In this document: piece after piece, positions 45,038 to 55,350 of the stretch
Layout of the letters: every line of letters begins with the position of its first letter
How positions within the stretch are numbered: position 1 is the stretch's first letter
The notes under the pieces: model-generated
The model's input: the letters and a program-made list of their open reading frames with translations, nothing else
Told to the model about the DNA's origin: nothing
Database searches by the model: none
Translations under genes and position numbers: made by a program
NCBI GenBank assembly: GCA_963772455.1
Contig: CAVYXJ010000013.1
Coordinates: 32,001 to 96,000 of the forward strand
DNA length: 64,000 nucleotides
Source: Candidatus Bathyarchaeota archaeon
GTDB lineage: Archaea > Thermoproteota > Bathyarchaeia > Bathyarchaeales > Bathycorpusculaceae
Reading direction: 5' to 3'

Positions 45038-45137
45038 ATAAAAGACTTCTCGTACAAGACTCTTGACTAAGAGCAGTCAAACTTCCTTTACTGAACTGTG
45101 TTTGTGTTTTTTGTGGTAGACCAACAAACCAGCAGAT
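45038..45137. repeat. Cassette junction repeat J1 (promoter, two palindromes, upstream gene tail)
   Basis: ataaaagacttctcGTACAagactcTTGACtaagagcaGTCAAacttccTTTACtg...tgtgttttttgtggtagaccaacaaaccagc; near-identical to 56156-56251. Confidence 0.9.
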
Positions 45138-46210
45138 GCCACCAAGATAAAAGCAACGACTGAAACAGCGGTTATAATGACCAAGTTTCGAGAGGAGTCT
45201 AATCCTGATTTAGTTTCATAAGATGGAGCAATAAGCGGATAATGGTCTATATTTGTAGCATCAATAACATAAGCTGTATCTCCGATGCCGTCCCAGTTAG
45301 CATCTGAACCATTATAGCCTTGCCAGTAATTGCCTTCTTTGCCATTATCCCAAGAAGTATCTTGAACTGTCACATCCAAACTTACAGGGTTATTTTTACC
45401 TAAGAAGGTATTGTGAAAAAAAGTATTATTTGTAGCTAAACCAATAATTAAATTGGTACCATAACGTCCAACACTAATTTTGTTATTATCAAAAATATTG
45501 TTGCTGCTATTATAAATTTGAAGTGCACTGTTGAGTTTTCCTTCCGTGTCAATAGTATTTTCAAAGATTATATTCTGGTTAGAAGAATTCAAGTAAAAGT
45601 AAGACATTTCATTTAAACCGATTGTGTTCTGGTCAGCCAATTCCAGATTAAGGGTGTAAATATTATTTTTGAGGAGAGTATTATAAGCGCCTACTAGTTC
45701 AACGCGCCCGTTCCAAGTGTTATTAGATATATTACAGTTAGACCCACTTATTGACAACGTCTTCCCGCCTGTTATGTTATTGTCGCATATTTGGGTTCTA
45801 TCGCCTTCTACCGTGATGTCTCCGAACGGCGAGAGGATAATTGTTAAGTTTACAAGCCGCACATCATTGGCTTTAATGTTAATTGAATCCGTATGACCAT
45901 AAAAAGGGGTAGTTATAATCCATTCCACACCATATGCAGGGAACAAATTTATTACAGTCTTCTTGGCGTTTTCTCCGATAATCCAGAGGGATTTGTCAAT
46001 TATCAATGTTTGATTAATTGGTCCATCATATTCTCCCTCTTTAACAAATATCGTATCCCCATTAGTTGCATTTCCGATTGCCGATGCAATCGTTGGATAA
46101 TCGTCTGGAACAATGATAGTTTTGTTTTCAGCTTTGACTGGCAAAAATGTGATTATGGATGATGCTGTTAGGAAGACGAGAACAAGTGCTAAAGCTAAAG
46201 CTTTACTCAT
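45077..46210 (-). CDS. Surface protein cassette: NosD/beta-helix with C-terminal TM
   Basis: Signal MSKALAL...VKA, IIVPDDYPTI, WDNGKEGNYW, tail GLLVYHKKHKH. Confidence 0.88.
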   Translation of the reverse strand: MSKALALALVLVFLTASSIITFLPVKAENKTIIVPDDYPTIASAIGNATNGDTIFVKEGEYDGPINQTLIIDKSLWIIGENAKKTVINLFPAYGVEWIITTPFYGHTDSINIKANDVRLVNLTIILSPFGDITVEGDRTQICDNNITGGKTLSISGSNCNISNNTWNGRVELVGAYNTLLKNNIYTLNLELADQNTIGLNEMSYFYLNSSNQNIIFENTIDTEGKLNSALQIYNSSNNIFDNNKISVGRYGTNLIIGLATNNTFFHNTFLGKNNPVSLDVTVQDTSWDNGKEGNYWQGYNGSDANWDGIGDTAYVIDATNIDHYPLIAPSYETKSGLDSSRNLVIITAVSVVAFILVASAGLLVYHKKHKHSSVKEV

Positions 46211-46240
46211 TGCCACCACTTCATTGTTGGTTGGTTTGCA

Positions 46241-46299
46241 GATAAAAGACTTCTCGTACAAGACTCTGGACTAAAATTAGTTAAGAATTCTGGACTAAG
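46241..46299. repeat. Cassette junction repeat J2
   Basis: gataaaagacttctcGTACAagactcTGGAC + GTTAAgaattcTGGAC, 24 bp apart. Confidence 0.88.
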
Positions 46300-46398
46300 C
46301 TGAATTGCGGATATTATTAAAATAGTTTACCTTCATCGAGAACATTGCCGTTTAGTTTAATTGAGGCAATGAAACTTGAATTTATGACTTCTAACGTT

Positions 46399-47199
46399 TT
46401 ATTTCCTGTTTTTCCTTAGGGCAACCAAAAGAACAACAGCAATTGCTACAAGTCCAATCCCAATGGCACCAATATAATAGGTTGAAAAATTAGTTGTTAC
46501 TGAGAAATTTGTTACAGCTTCAGCTCTTCCCTTTTCAGTCACCACTATCATTAAGATTTCATAGTTACCCTCAGAGATTGATGTTAAAGTTGTATTTCCT
46601 GTGAGGGGATATTCATTTGATGTATCAGGTCCATAGTGTGGGTAATCTGCATTTTCATACAAATAGTAAGATGCCTTCTCCATGTTTCCATTAACAGTAA
46701 AGATTAGAGGTATCTCTCCAGTGTAGGTTTGGTTTGTTGGAGATAAAATTTTGATGCTTGTAACTTGATAGCTGGAATTTACTGTAAAGTCTCTTGATGT
46801 GTACATGCCGTTTGCGTAAGCTTCCACTGTGTGGTTACCGTCAGATAAGTTCTCGAGAATAGCTTTGCCAATTACTGTGTAGCCAACTCTTCCTGGACCA
46901 AAGTTCGAAGGGCTTTTGATTGTGAGATTTCCAATATATTGCAATGGCTCTCCATCTACACTGTAGGCTATGTTGTTAACTTTTTGTGATTCAGCGAATT
47001 GATAGACATTCACTTCAAGATTGACAGTAGAATTCTCATATCTATTTGGAGGGTAAGGGGGAGAGATAATCTTCATAGAAGGTATTGGAATTTCATCAAA
47101 AAGGGAACCTTCTGTCACTAAGAGTTGAGAGGTAGCCCCTACTAATAGCAGCATTAGCAAAATAGTAGCTACATTATAGGTCTGTCTCATGTTTACCAA
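46399..47199 (-). CDS. Surface protein cassette: tandem Ig-like domains with TM
   Basis: IISP..NxxY repeats, YSVDG, NLSDGNH, C-terminal TM + RKNRK. Confidence 0.82.
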   Translation of the reverse strand: MVNMRQTYNVATILLMLLLVGATSQLLVTEGSLFDEIPIPSMKIISPPYPPNRYENSTVNLEVNVYQFAESQKVNNIAYSVDGEPLQYIGNLTIKSPSNFGPGRVGYTVIGKAILENLSDGNHTVEAYANGMYTSRDFTVNSSYQVTSIKILSPTNQTYTGEIPLIFTVNGNMEKASYYLYENADYPHYGPDTSNEYPLTGNTTLTSISEGNYEILMIVVTEKGRAEAVTNFSVTTNFSTYYIGAIGIGLVAIAVVLLVALRKNRK

Positions 47200-47220
47200 G
47201 GTCTGCTAATAGATTTCTAC

Positions 47221-47326
47221 TTAAGAGTTTTTTCGTAAAGGTTTCTTGACTAACTCTGAAAACTGCTCGGTCAAACTTTCTTTACTAAGTTGTGTTTGTG
47301 TTTTTTGTGGTAGACCAACAAACCAG
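47221..47326. repeat. Cassette junction repeat J3
   Basis: GTAAAggtttcTTGAC (47235) + GTCAAactttcTTTAC (47270) + LLVYHKKHKH tail DNA. Confidence 0.85.
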
Positions 47327-48218
47327 CAACTACCAAGGCTACTACTGCAACAGAAATAGAGGCAAAAGGAACAATTGGGAAAGGCAGGGTTTCTTCCTCA
47401 GGGACATTGAAAACAACAACAGCGCCATGTACAGACGGTGGTTCTTCTTCTCGGGAGAAAGCAATTGTCATTCTTCCAGCTTTACCATCAATCAGAGTAT
47501 TGTTTAAGGGCGTCAATGTTCCACGGGTATCTATAGAATAAGCTTGCAACTCAAAGAGGTCGGATTCAATCTGAATGCCGTATTTGTTGGGAGAATATCC
47601 ATACCAAGAGTACAGTGGGTATGAAATATTGCTGCATCCATAGCGCCCGTATAAAGGCAGTGTAAATGAATAGTCTCCAAGGTAAGCATAAGATGTTGGG
47701 GTTTTTGAAATCGGAAGCTCATAATGAATTGCCACAACAAAGTCACGCAAAACAGGTGAAACAGTCCAATTGATTTCCTGCAAGTTGGTGTCAAAAATAT
47801 GGAAATATCCACGAGAATCTATTTGTGATTCGACTTCTTCACCGTTTAACCAAACAGAGATGTGAGTCGTGTTAAAAGGAATTGGATAGTGAGCTTCCAA
47901 CGTATCTTGTGTAACGATAACTGTAACATAAGGTGATGAATCTTTTATCAAACCCATGCCAGTATTTTCTGCGATATAGCTATCTCCTAAGGCGTAAACT
48001 GTGTGCATTTTGTATTCTGCATCAATCTTCACCCATAAGGCTTCATCAACTCGGAAGATTGTGGCGTTGATGTTAGTTTCAGGCACGTTGACCTTTGGCG
48101 GGATTCCATAAGTGGGGTATGCTTTTGCAGTATTGACCGTTTGTAGTTCTCCAAAAGTAACCATGTATAATGTCAGGAGTAAGAAAATGACAAGTAGTTT
48201 GGCTGTGTTCTTGTTCAT
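47271..48218 (-). CDS. Surface protein cassette with C-terminal TM
   Basis: Signal peptide, beta-rich body, tail GLLVYHKKHKHNLVKKV. Confidence 0.82.
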   Translation of the reverse strand: MNKNTAKLLVIFLLLTLYMVTFGELQTVNTAKAYPTYGIPPKVNVPETNINATIFRVDEALWVKIDAEYKMHTVYALGDSYIAENTGMGLIKDSSPYVTVIVTQDTLEAHYPIPFNTTHISVWLNGEEVESQIDSRGYFHIFDTNLQEINWTVSPVLRDFVVAIHYELPISKTPTSYAYLGDYSFTLPLYGRYGCSNISYPLYSWYGYSPNKYGIQIESDLFELQAYSIDTRGTLTPLNNTLIDGKAGRMTIAFSREEEPPSVHGAVVVFNVPEEETLPFPIVPFASISVAVVALVVAGLLVYHKKHKHNLVKKV

Positions 48219-48252
48219 TTCAATTCCTACCAGTATAGGGCTGTTTTAGTGA

Positions 48253-48287
48253 TTAAAGATTTTTCCAAGTAAAGAATTCTGGACAAA
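48253..48287. repeat. Cassette junction repeat J4 (single palindrome)
   Basis: GTAAAgaattcTGGAC at 48269-48284 beside the TATA of the 48218 gene. Confidence 0.7.
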
Positions 48288-48373
48288 CAAAAAGTAGTCC
48301 TTCCAGCCTCGCCGCCATTCCTATAAAGGTGTGACCGGACAAGGGACACGTTAAATTCGTGGAGGTCAACAAA

Positions 48374-49494
48374 ATGATAACACAAGTAAATACAACGATT
48401 GAATTAAAACCAGAATTAGTCAATTTAGCTTGTGAAATAGGTTTAAATCCGTCTAAAATCTGTGAAAATGCCCTTAAATCGGCAATAAGGTGCCTTCAAG
48501 GCGTAAATTTGAATAAGTGTTTGGTGGACGAGCCGGGATTTGAACCCGGGACCTCCACGATGCCAACAGGGACAGAAACAAGCTCTTTTTCAGAAAAAAA
48601 GGCTGAATTAATCGTTAAACCTGAAACCCTCGTCACATTTGCGGAATTCATGACTGTAAACATGCGCCTTGAAAAGAGAACGGTTCGGGAAACAAAATCC
48701 AATGTTCATCGGTATTTAGAAAGTTCAAAATATGTCGTAAACTATGAAACTGTCTCGAAATTCCTGAAATCATACATGACCAAATCCTCAAGGACGTATA
48801 ACGCTCAGCTAACAAGTCTTGCGAAGATTTGTTAGAGATTTCTTGCATGCACCTGAAAGCATTTTAGATTTTAAGATGGCTCCAATTGATTTGTTAGGCA
48901 AAAACATACAGCTACCAACAAAAGAACAATTGAAGAAAGGTTTTGACGCTTTAACCGAAGAAGGCGAGAAAGCATTGTATTTGTTTACTTTGTCAACAGG
49001 TCTGCGCCGAAGCGAAATCATGGGGCTGACAAAAGACAAAATAGACTTCAAAATGCAGAAGCGTTATTCCCTTGCATTTCACACGCGTTAAACGATCAGG
49101 AATTACATTTTACAACTCAGAAACCGAAGAATACCTAAACAAATACTTGTCAGCACGACCAGACGATACCAAAGTTTTTAGGCTGTGTCCAAAGAAATGC
49201 AAGTTGATGTGGCGGAAAATCAGCGAAGCAGCAGGAATTAAGATTTCACCTCAAATTCTACGAGTTTGGTTTTCAAACGAACTGGGGGAACAATTCGTTC
49301 CTGATCGATTTGTTGACATTTTCCAAGGGCGTGCACCAAGATCTGTTTTCGCGAAGAGCTACACTGCAAAAGGAATTGAACGGTTAAAAGCAATTTATGA
49401 AAAAGCTAACTTAACTATTACTTGTCAAGACGCAAATGCCTTTGTTTTTTCAATAGCTCATCCGTTAAGCTTTCGGCATGACTTTTCCTCTTGA
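48374..49494 (+). CDS. SSV-type tyrosine integrase: int(N) RHH-like domain + att + int(C); two frameshifts (~48818, ~49052)
   Basis: TGLRRSEI (Arg), RVKRSG (Lys), PQILRVWF, FQGRAPRSVFAKSYT (Tyr); reading frame runs through the tRNA-Ala 3' copy. Confidence 0.88.
48522..48567 (-). repeat. att site: copy of the 3' half of tRNA-Ala(GGC)
   Basis: tggtggacgagccgggatttgaacccgggacctccacgatgccaac matches 58500-58545 with one mismatch and ends just after the anticodon loop. Confidence 0.95.
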
Positions 49495-50025
49495 ATCCAT
49501 CAAATCACCGTCTTGAAGCCCACGTGTTTCTTCTGCTAATTTGTACGCATGTCTGAGCAAAACAAAGCTCAAAGCACGTTTGACTTCTTTTTCATCTCTG
49601 GCAAATTCATTGCCAAAATCTATTTCGTCAGCCGTAGTCAATTCTTCTTCATGTTTTCTCATATATCTTAATTCTAAATTAATGAATTTCTGAACTTCTT
49701 TAGGCAGTTCTTTAGCAAGTTCTTTGACCTTTTCTGTGATCAATTTTTCTGAAATCGTAAACAATTTGGCGTTCTCACGTTTGAGTGTAATAGACATTCT
49801 TTTTGGCGTTTACTTTGTTTTGGCAGTTTATCGATGTATATTCCATCCATTTCTTCTTTGAGATAACGGTAGAGTTGTATTCGCGTCCCATGGGCTTTTT
49901 ACATTTTTGTCGTTAACGTGTGTTGCGAAGGTCAAGAAGTTTTTTTGACCTGATATTGGAGTTCCGTCAGGCATCAAATCAAGAATCTTTTCGATGTATT
50001 TTTCAGAATGTCTTCGGTTTACCAT
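49465..50025 (-). CDS. Element hypothetical protein(s), probably one frameshifted DNA-binding protein
   Basis: ORFs 49828-50025 and 49465-49797 bridged by alternative-frame IQLYRYLKEEMDGIYIDK. Confidence 0.5.
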
Positions 50026-50126
50026 ATTTCACCATCTTTAGTTTGGATATGCGAGCAAATAACCATAATAAAAACGATGTATATAAGTCATTCTGTCAAG
50101 TCAGCAATTGACATCATGCAAAAAAC

Positions 50127-50271
50127 ATGGAGATAAAAAAATTGGTAAAAATTCCAAGAATTGAATGCCCTCAGTGCCTCTATAATTGGCGTCCCGAGGG
50201 TAGAACCTTTGCCAAAACGTTGTCCAAATTGTGGACATAGGCTATCGCAGGAAAGTGAGGTGAAACAATGA
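50127..50271 (+). CDS. Small zinc-ribbon protein (one frameshift near 50195)
   Basis: Corrected translation MEIKKLVKIPRIECPQCLYNWRPRVEPLPKRCPNCGHRLSQESEVKQ; stop overlaps next ATG. Confidence 0.65.
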
Positions 50272-50684
50272 ACGAGAAAGAAATAGCAAAAATGATTGCA
50301 GAAAGCGAAGTCTTAGAGCCTTACCTGAGAAAAATGCCGCCAATCCCACAATACCAACTCGATTCGCAACAAGCTATTGAACTCTACAGAAAAGACGTAG
50401 ACGCGATGGAAGAAAACAATTTTCGAATCGCCGTTTTCCAATGTGCCTATGACATAGCAATCTGGCTTAGTGAAGGTGGAGGTTCGTTTACGTCTTTGCA
50501 ATGCATGACTCCTGAGTCTCACAAAAAAACTTTCAGTCAAATCAACTTTGGTCAACTCGAAACAAACGCTCAAGGAATAAGACAGGAAATTAAAAGATTG
50601 AAAATGGCTAAACCATTAATTTTAAAACTAATTGATGCAAACGCTAAGGCACAATGGGATAAAACTCAGTACAATCACTGTTGA
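50268..50684 (+). CDS. Element hypothetical protein
   Basis: 138 aa, GAGGTGA RBS. Confidence 0.75.
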   Translation: MNEKEIAKMIAESEVLEPYLRKMPPIPQYQLDSQQAIELYRKDVDAMEENNFRIAVFQCAYDIAIWLSEGGGSFTSLQCMTPESHKKTFSQINFGQLETNAQGIRQEIKRLKMAKPLILKLIDANAKAQWDKTQYNHC

Positions 50685-50711
50685 AACGCCAAATCGAATC
50701 ATCCACCCGAG

Positions 50712-51158
50712 TTGAATACGATTGGATGTAAGCATGAGTTAAAAACTAAAGGTCAGGAAGCCGTTCTTGACTTGGCTATACTTCAATACGAAAAGATTCT
50801 TGAAGTCTACAATATAGAGGCATCTGACAGAAAGAAATCCCCCATCGTTAAAGACATCATCAACAACATAACTTCATTGATTAAACAGGCAGAAAAAATA
50901 CACCCAATCATAGTTAAAGCTAATCTGAAAGCACAAAAAGCTTTGGCAAATGGCATTTCGCCTGATCTTAAAACTTGTAACTCTTTTATCGATGCAACTG
51001 CCAAATTCTCTGAATTGAGCCACGAATATTTCACTCAAAAGGGCAAACTCGATTTCTACACAGACCAATCTTCAAACGATCTTGTCTTTCCAACTTTAAC
51101 CAACAACGACACATCTGCTGAATATGAGATGAAGCGACAATGGAGGAAATTTGCCTAA
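50712..51158 (+). CDS. Element hypothetical helical protein
   Basis: 148-aa ORF in operon orientation. Confidence 0.65.
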   Translation: MNTIGCKHELKTKGQEAVLDLAILQYEKILEVYNIEASDRKKSPIVKDIINNITSLIKQAEKIHPIIVKANLKAQKALANGISPDLKTCNSFIDATAKFSELSHEYFTQKGKLDFYTDQSSNDLVFPTLTNNDTSAEYEMKRQWRKFA

Positions 51159-51407
51159 ACAATCGGAAGCCGCATGCTCCACAAAAGGCTCAGACAGCTC
51201 GTTTTCCGGATGCGCGTACGTAAACGGAATTTTCCGCAAAGCAGGGCTTAATCTTTGCCCTTGATTCCCCTAACGCGCGGGGCTCCTGCTTGGAGGTTTT
51301 ATGTCATCGCTGTCGGGCTCTGCGGAAAAGCATGTGGCTTTCAAACGAAGTTGCGTTTCATCAATCCCCTTTTTCATTTTTTATTATTATTAACGGAGGT
51401 GAATTAC

Positions 51408-52064
51408 ATGAATAACAAAGTAGGAAAACTCATAAAGACAATATCAATCGATAACAAGCCAGAACTTGTTCAGCATATTGAGAAACAATCGAATTTCAGC
51501 AACTACGTTCAAACACTCTTAGAGCAAGACCTTGCAAGACTTCACGCAACACAGCAACAAAAACAGACTGAAGCGAAAATAGAGCTAACAAAAGATGAAT
51601 ACCTCACATTCGAGCATTGTAAAAAATATTTCAGAGAATATGGCGGTATGACCTATGCAAAGTACTTCCATTACTTCCCTGTGCAAATAAGCTCCGACCA
51701 TCTGAATTGTTTATTGTTAGATGTTTATGATATTTGTAAAACGTATGCTCCAACAACCGCCGAATACATTAAGCATATTAGAGAAAACGATGAAGACTTT
51801 GATATCTTCTACGATAAAATAAGTCGTTATTGGCAACAAGAAAATCCAATACCTGAAGACTGGAAGAAAGAAATCATACCTGGAATGACATTGCATGAAG
51901 CACTTTCAAAGATTATACCTGAAGCTATCAAGCTAAAAGACAAAGATATTCCATTAACAATCAAACGAATCAGCGAGATAGTGGGGTTAACCTATCAGCA
52001 AACATACACACAACTAATGCCACATATCAGACCTATTCTAAAAGAGCTACAGGTTGAAGTTTAA
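51408..52064 (+). CDS. Element regulator-like protein (N-terminal RHH-like, C-terminal HTH-like)
   Basis: GGAGGTGA RBS before ATG 51408; KTISID...NFSNYVQTLL; LTIKRISEIVGLTYQQTY. Confidence 0.65.
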   Translation: MNNKVGKLIKTISIDNKPELVQHIEKQSNFSNYVQTLLEQDLARLHATQQQKQTEAKIELTKDEYLTFEHCKKYFREYGGMTYAKYFHYFPVQISSDHLNCLLLDVYDICKTYAPTTAEYIKHIRENDEDFDIFYDKISRYWQQENPIPEDWKKEIIPGMTLHEALSKIIPEAIKLKDKDIPLTIKRISEIVGLTYQQTYTQLMPHIRPILKELQVEV

Positions 52065-52882
52065 TAATAATAAAAAAAAATAAACCCTTTCTTTTTTGTT
52101 AAACTAATCGAGGCAATCTTAACCTGATGTTTCCTTAACGTTAACATGAATAGTGAAGTCAGCGTTACCGCAGTAAACAGCGTTATAATTGCTAACAATG
52201 AAAACTCTGGAACAGTGGGAGTTGGCGTTGGATTGGGAGTGGGAGAAGCAGATGAAGTTTCACCGATGGTTATTGTTTGTGTATCGCTCCAATCGCTTGT
52301 TTCACCGATAAAAGTCCATCCGCTTGGACTTGATTCAGAGTTATAGCTAATGTAGCCTATGAATGCTTTAACTTGAAAATCAATTTGGGAGTCAGGTGGT
52401 AACGTTGGACCGAACCCATTCCATCCAGCCGATGAATAGTCTCCTTTATACGAAAAAACCGAATACTCTGTTTTTAATTGGGCATCTTCTACCGTCAACA
52501 TAGCATATTCATCATAGGGGTAATACTTCTGATGCCAGTCTTTTTCAAAATGTCCCTTCCAATGAATCTCATAGTGAAGATAAACAGTCCTGTCCCCAAT
52601 CTGTTCCTTGATTGTAAAAGGGGTGAATGGCTGATTCTTTACCGAAAGTTGAATGGTTCTTGATTCAACATGCCGTCCAGCCTCGTTTATAACCTGTCCG
52701 TTGAAAGGGTTTACCGTTGAAGAAGGTGGAATATCATAAGAGGAGTCGATAAGGGTAACATTAAACTCAGGCACAGAGGGTTTAGGTATTGACTGAGCAT
52801 ATGCAGATTCAATCATTATCAGACTTGAAACTGCTAAGACAATAACAAGAAGTAACGAGAACCCTTTGCCGATACTGCCCAT
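52061..52882 (-). CDS. Surface protein, AQSIPKPSVPEF family, PEF-CTERM-like anchor
   Basis: Signal peptide, PT-rich linker, TVPEF + TM + RKH. Confidence 0.85.
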   Translation of the reverse strand: MGSIGKGFSLLLVIVLAVSSLIMIESAYAQSIPKPSVPEFNVTLIDSSYDIPPSSTVNPFNGQVINEAGRHVESRTIQLSVKNQPFTPFTIKEQIGDRTVYLHYEIHWKGHFEKDWHQKYYPYDEYAMLTVEDAQLKTEYSVFSYKGDYSSAGWNGFGPTLPPDSQIDFQVKAFIGYISYNSESSPSGWTFIGETSDWSDTQTITIGETSSASPTPNPTPTPTVPEFSLLAIITLFTAVTLTSLFMLTLRKHQVKIASISLTKKKGFIFFYYY

Positions 52883-53089
52883 ATCAAGTACTAAGAGAAT
52901 AGAAGCGATAAAAGGTTTATTCCAAAAAACTATACTATTTCAATTCTCCTAATTTGATTCGCTTTGAGAGTTGTTGTACTTTTCGAGGTTGCTTCGTTGT
53001 TGGTATCGTAAATGTTGAGAAAGCTAAAAGCTGCAAATTCCATTAGAAATAGGTTTAAGATGGAAAAACTCCATTCTTTTGCTAATGTT

Positions 53090-53482
53090 CACCGCGTGGG
53101 TATCGTGGCAGATGAATGCTGTTTCATTGAACATGTTTGCAATTATCGAAGCTAAAATTTGAAGTAAACATTGAAACAAGGTAAAATATGCCTTAATTTT
53201 CAATTTTACAGAGAATTTTTACTCGATTTTCAACGAAAAAACATATTAAAAAGTCTGAAAATTTAGGCAATTATACTTTTTTATACATAGATGAAAATGC
53301 AATTCGATAACATACTTTACTTATCGCAAACCTTCTTTGAAAACGACCGATCAACCACCCTCTGATCGCAACACAAAAAAAACTTACTTTGTTAAAGTTA
53401 AGTTTATCAAGCTTTTCATTATAAATTTAGTTTATGCTTTTTCCTAAACGTTTGGTTTGTTTTGAGAGATGGTTTTTCGATG
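53090..53482. repeat. Conserved array-distal block, copy 2
   Basis: Direct repeat of 43480-43876. Confidence 0.92.
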
Positions 53483-54388
53483 AGTTCTGTAAAACAGAAG
53501 ATAGATAATAACTATAACTAATACGACAAATACGAATGGAACTATTAAGACAAAATTGTTGTCAGATACTTGAGAAGGCGTTGGCGTAGGGGTTTGCATC
53601 GGAGTTGGTAAAGGTTTTACTGAGGGCAAAGGCAAAAACGGTTCTGTCTTAATCAAATAAATCCTTCCTGTTCGTGGATTATCGAATAAATTATATCCAA
53701 CACCCAAAACAGCGAGTGCACCATTAGATGTTTCAATTATCGAAGAAATCTCAAGAGGAGCAGTGCCATCACCACCAGTGTAGGTCAGGTTTATTATCCA
53801 TTGAGTGTTGTTATTTGAATCAGTTTTAATAAGGCTGCCTTGTTCTCCATAAACAAACCCGCTATCACTTGTTTGAACGAGAGTTGGAGCACTGCCTAAG
53901 TCTGGTACACTTGAATAATTTTGAATCCATTGGATGTTTCCTTGAGAATCTGTTTTAATTAAAGTAGGAGTGAATTCACGTGCCCCTCCGCCAATTAAAG
54001 CGGAAAACCAGCTTCCTGATAATTCATATCCTTCATCGCTTGTTTGGATAAATGTTGTTGCTCTAAAGTAACTGATGGTTTTATTCCATTGTAAATTGCC
54101 TGATGAATCAACTTTGTATAGGGTTGATGGTCTAATAGTGTACTGGTATGACCAACCCAAATTCACGAAAACGTACCCTCCATCACTTGTTTGAATTAGG
54201 TTTGAAGTTGATTCAACATTAGTGTCGCCATAAGGACCAGAATCACCGTAATCTTTTTGCCATTGTATAGTGGGAGCAGAAGTAAATGTGGTTGATTGGG
54301 CTTTCACGGTTGCAGGTTCAAGTGTAATTAAAGAAGTTAGGAACAACGCAACAAGAACCAATGCAAAACTCTTGCTTTTCTTACCCAT
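53444..54388 (-). CDS. Surface protein cassette: beta-propeller-like repeats with TM
   Basis: QTSDGGY/LIKTDS.GN.QW repeats, tail RKTISQNKPNV. Confidence 0.85.
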   Translation of the reverse strand: MGKKSKSFALVLVALFLTSLITLEPATVKAQSTTFTSAPTIQWQKDYGDSGPYGDTNVESTSNLIQTSDGGYVFVNLGWSYQYTIRPSTLYKVDSSGNLQWNKTISYFRATTFIQTSDEGYELSGSWFSALIGGGAREFTPTLIKTDSQGNIQWIQNYSSVPDLGSAPTLVQTSDSGFVYGEQGSLIKTDSNNNTQWIINLTYTGGDGTAPLEISSIIETSNGALAVLGVGYNLFDNPRTGRIYLIKTEPFLPLPSVKPLPTPMQTPTPTPSQVSDNNFVLIVPFVFVVLVIVIIYLLFYRTHRKTISQNKPNV

Positions 54389-54410
54389 AGTAAGCTGATA
54401 GAACCATTTC

Positions 54411-54446
54411 AGATAAAAGACTTCTCGTTCAAGACTCTTGACTAAG
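54411..54446. repeat. Cassette junction repeat J5
   Basis: agataaaagacttctcGTTCAagactcTTGACtaag. Confidence 0.88.
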
Positions 54447-54510
54447 CACTATTTGCGTTTTCTGTATGTATTATTTAGGCGAAGATGTCAGAGCATTCAG
54501 TAGATAAGTA

Positions 54511-55224
54511 TTAGGAATAGAAAATAACTTTGAGATATTTTTGCTCACTTTTTTTGTTCTTCAATTGCGATATAAGTGTAACAGTAATTATTGCTGCAGC
54601 AATTAGAAAAGCAACACCTATGTATAGATACAAATTATCCTTCTCCATTTGGGCAGTATAAGTTACCAAATACTCTTTAAAGTCAAAAACTTGTACGAAT
54701 CCTCCATGTAGAAAAATTGCAGTATAGTAATTGCCTGATTCTGTAGCCCTAAAAGCTACTGCTCCATTCTTCCTTGCTACATTTGATGCCTCAAAATTAG
54801 TTCCATTTTTACTTGCCCATGCCGAGAAGTCAAAACTGTTATTGTTTAACTGAATAACAACTGATTTAAAGTTGGTAAATTGTTGCTCAGAAAAAATGAA
54901 GCCAGTTACGTAAATATCTGTGTCCCACTTAGCTTCTATGCCTTGTCCTGCGTGGAGAGATATTGGTGGTAGATTGAGAAAATCAGTATTAGGTGGCTGA
55001 AATGGAGGATAATAATAGTTCCCATTTAGGTATGTGTTATTTACTGATGCTACTGGATTTGGGTAGTTTATGTTTGGAGTATCAGTTTGATAAGAACTCC
55101 TTATTGGAGCAGTATGTGGAGAAGCAAAGTTGAGAGAGATAAAAAATGCGCCCGTTAGAAGCAATATTAAGATAACTATTTTTACTATATTTCTAAGTCT
55201 GAATCTCTCTACCTTTGGCTTCAT
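54511..55224 (-). CDS. Surface protein cassette with N- and C-terminal TMs
   Basis: Start set at MKPKVER from TATA spacing. Confidence 0.75.
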   Translation of the reverse strand: MKPKVERFRLRNIVKIVILILLLTGAFFISLNFASPHTAPIRSSYQTDTPNINYPNPVASVNNTYLNGNYYYPPFQPPNTDFLNLPPISLHAGQGIEAKWDTDIYVTGFIFSEQQFTNFKSVVIQLNNNSFDFSAWASKNGTNFEASNVARKNGAVAFRATESGNYYTAIFLHGGFVQVFDFKEYLVTYTAQMEKDNLYLYIGVAFLIAAAIITVTLISQLKNKKSEQKYLKVIFYS

Positions 55225-55250
55225 ATCCATATTCTGTAAGATGTTAGTCC

Positions 55251-55350
55251 ATAAAAGCCTTGCAGTAAACAATTCTTGACTGAGATTCGTAAAATTTCCT
55301 TTACTAAGTTAAGTTTGTGTTTTTTGTGGTAGACCAACAAACCAGCAGAT
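55251..55350. repeat. Cassette junction repeat J6
   Basis: GTAAAcaattcTTGAC (55265) + GTAAAatttccTTTAC (55289) + tail DNA. Confidence 0.85.

Larger units (their letters stand above)
43480..48567. mobile_element. Element B: older/truncated tRNA-Ala-targeting element with 4 surface-protein cassettes and int(N)
   Basis: Shares left ~390-bp block and right int(N)/att block with element A; I found no left att copy or int(C). Confidence 0.7.
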
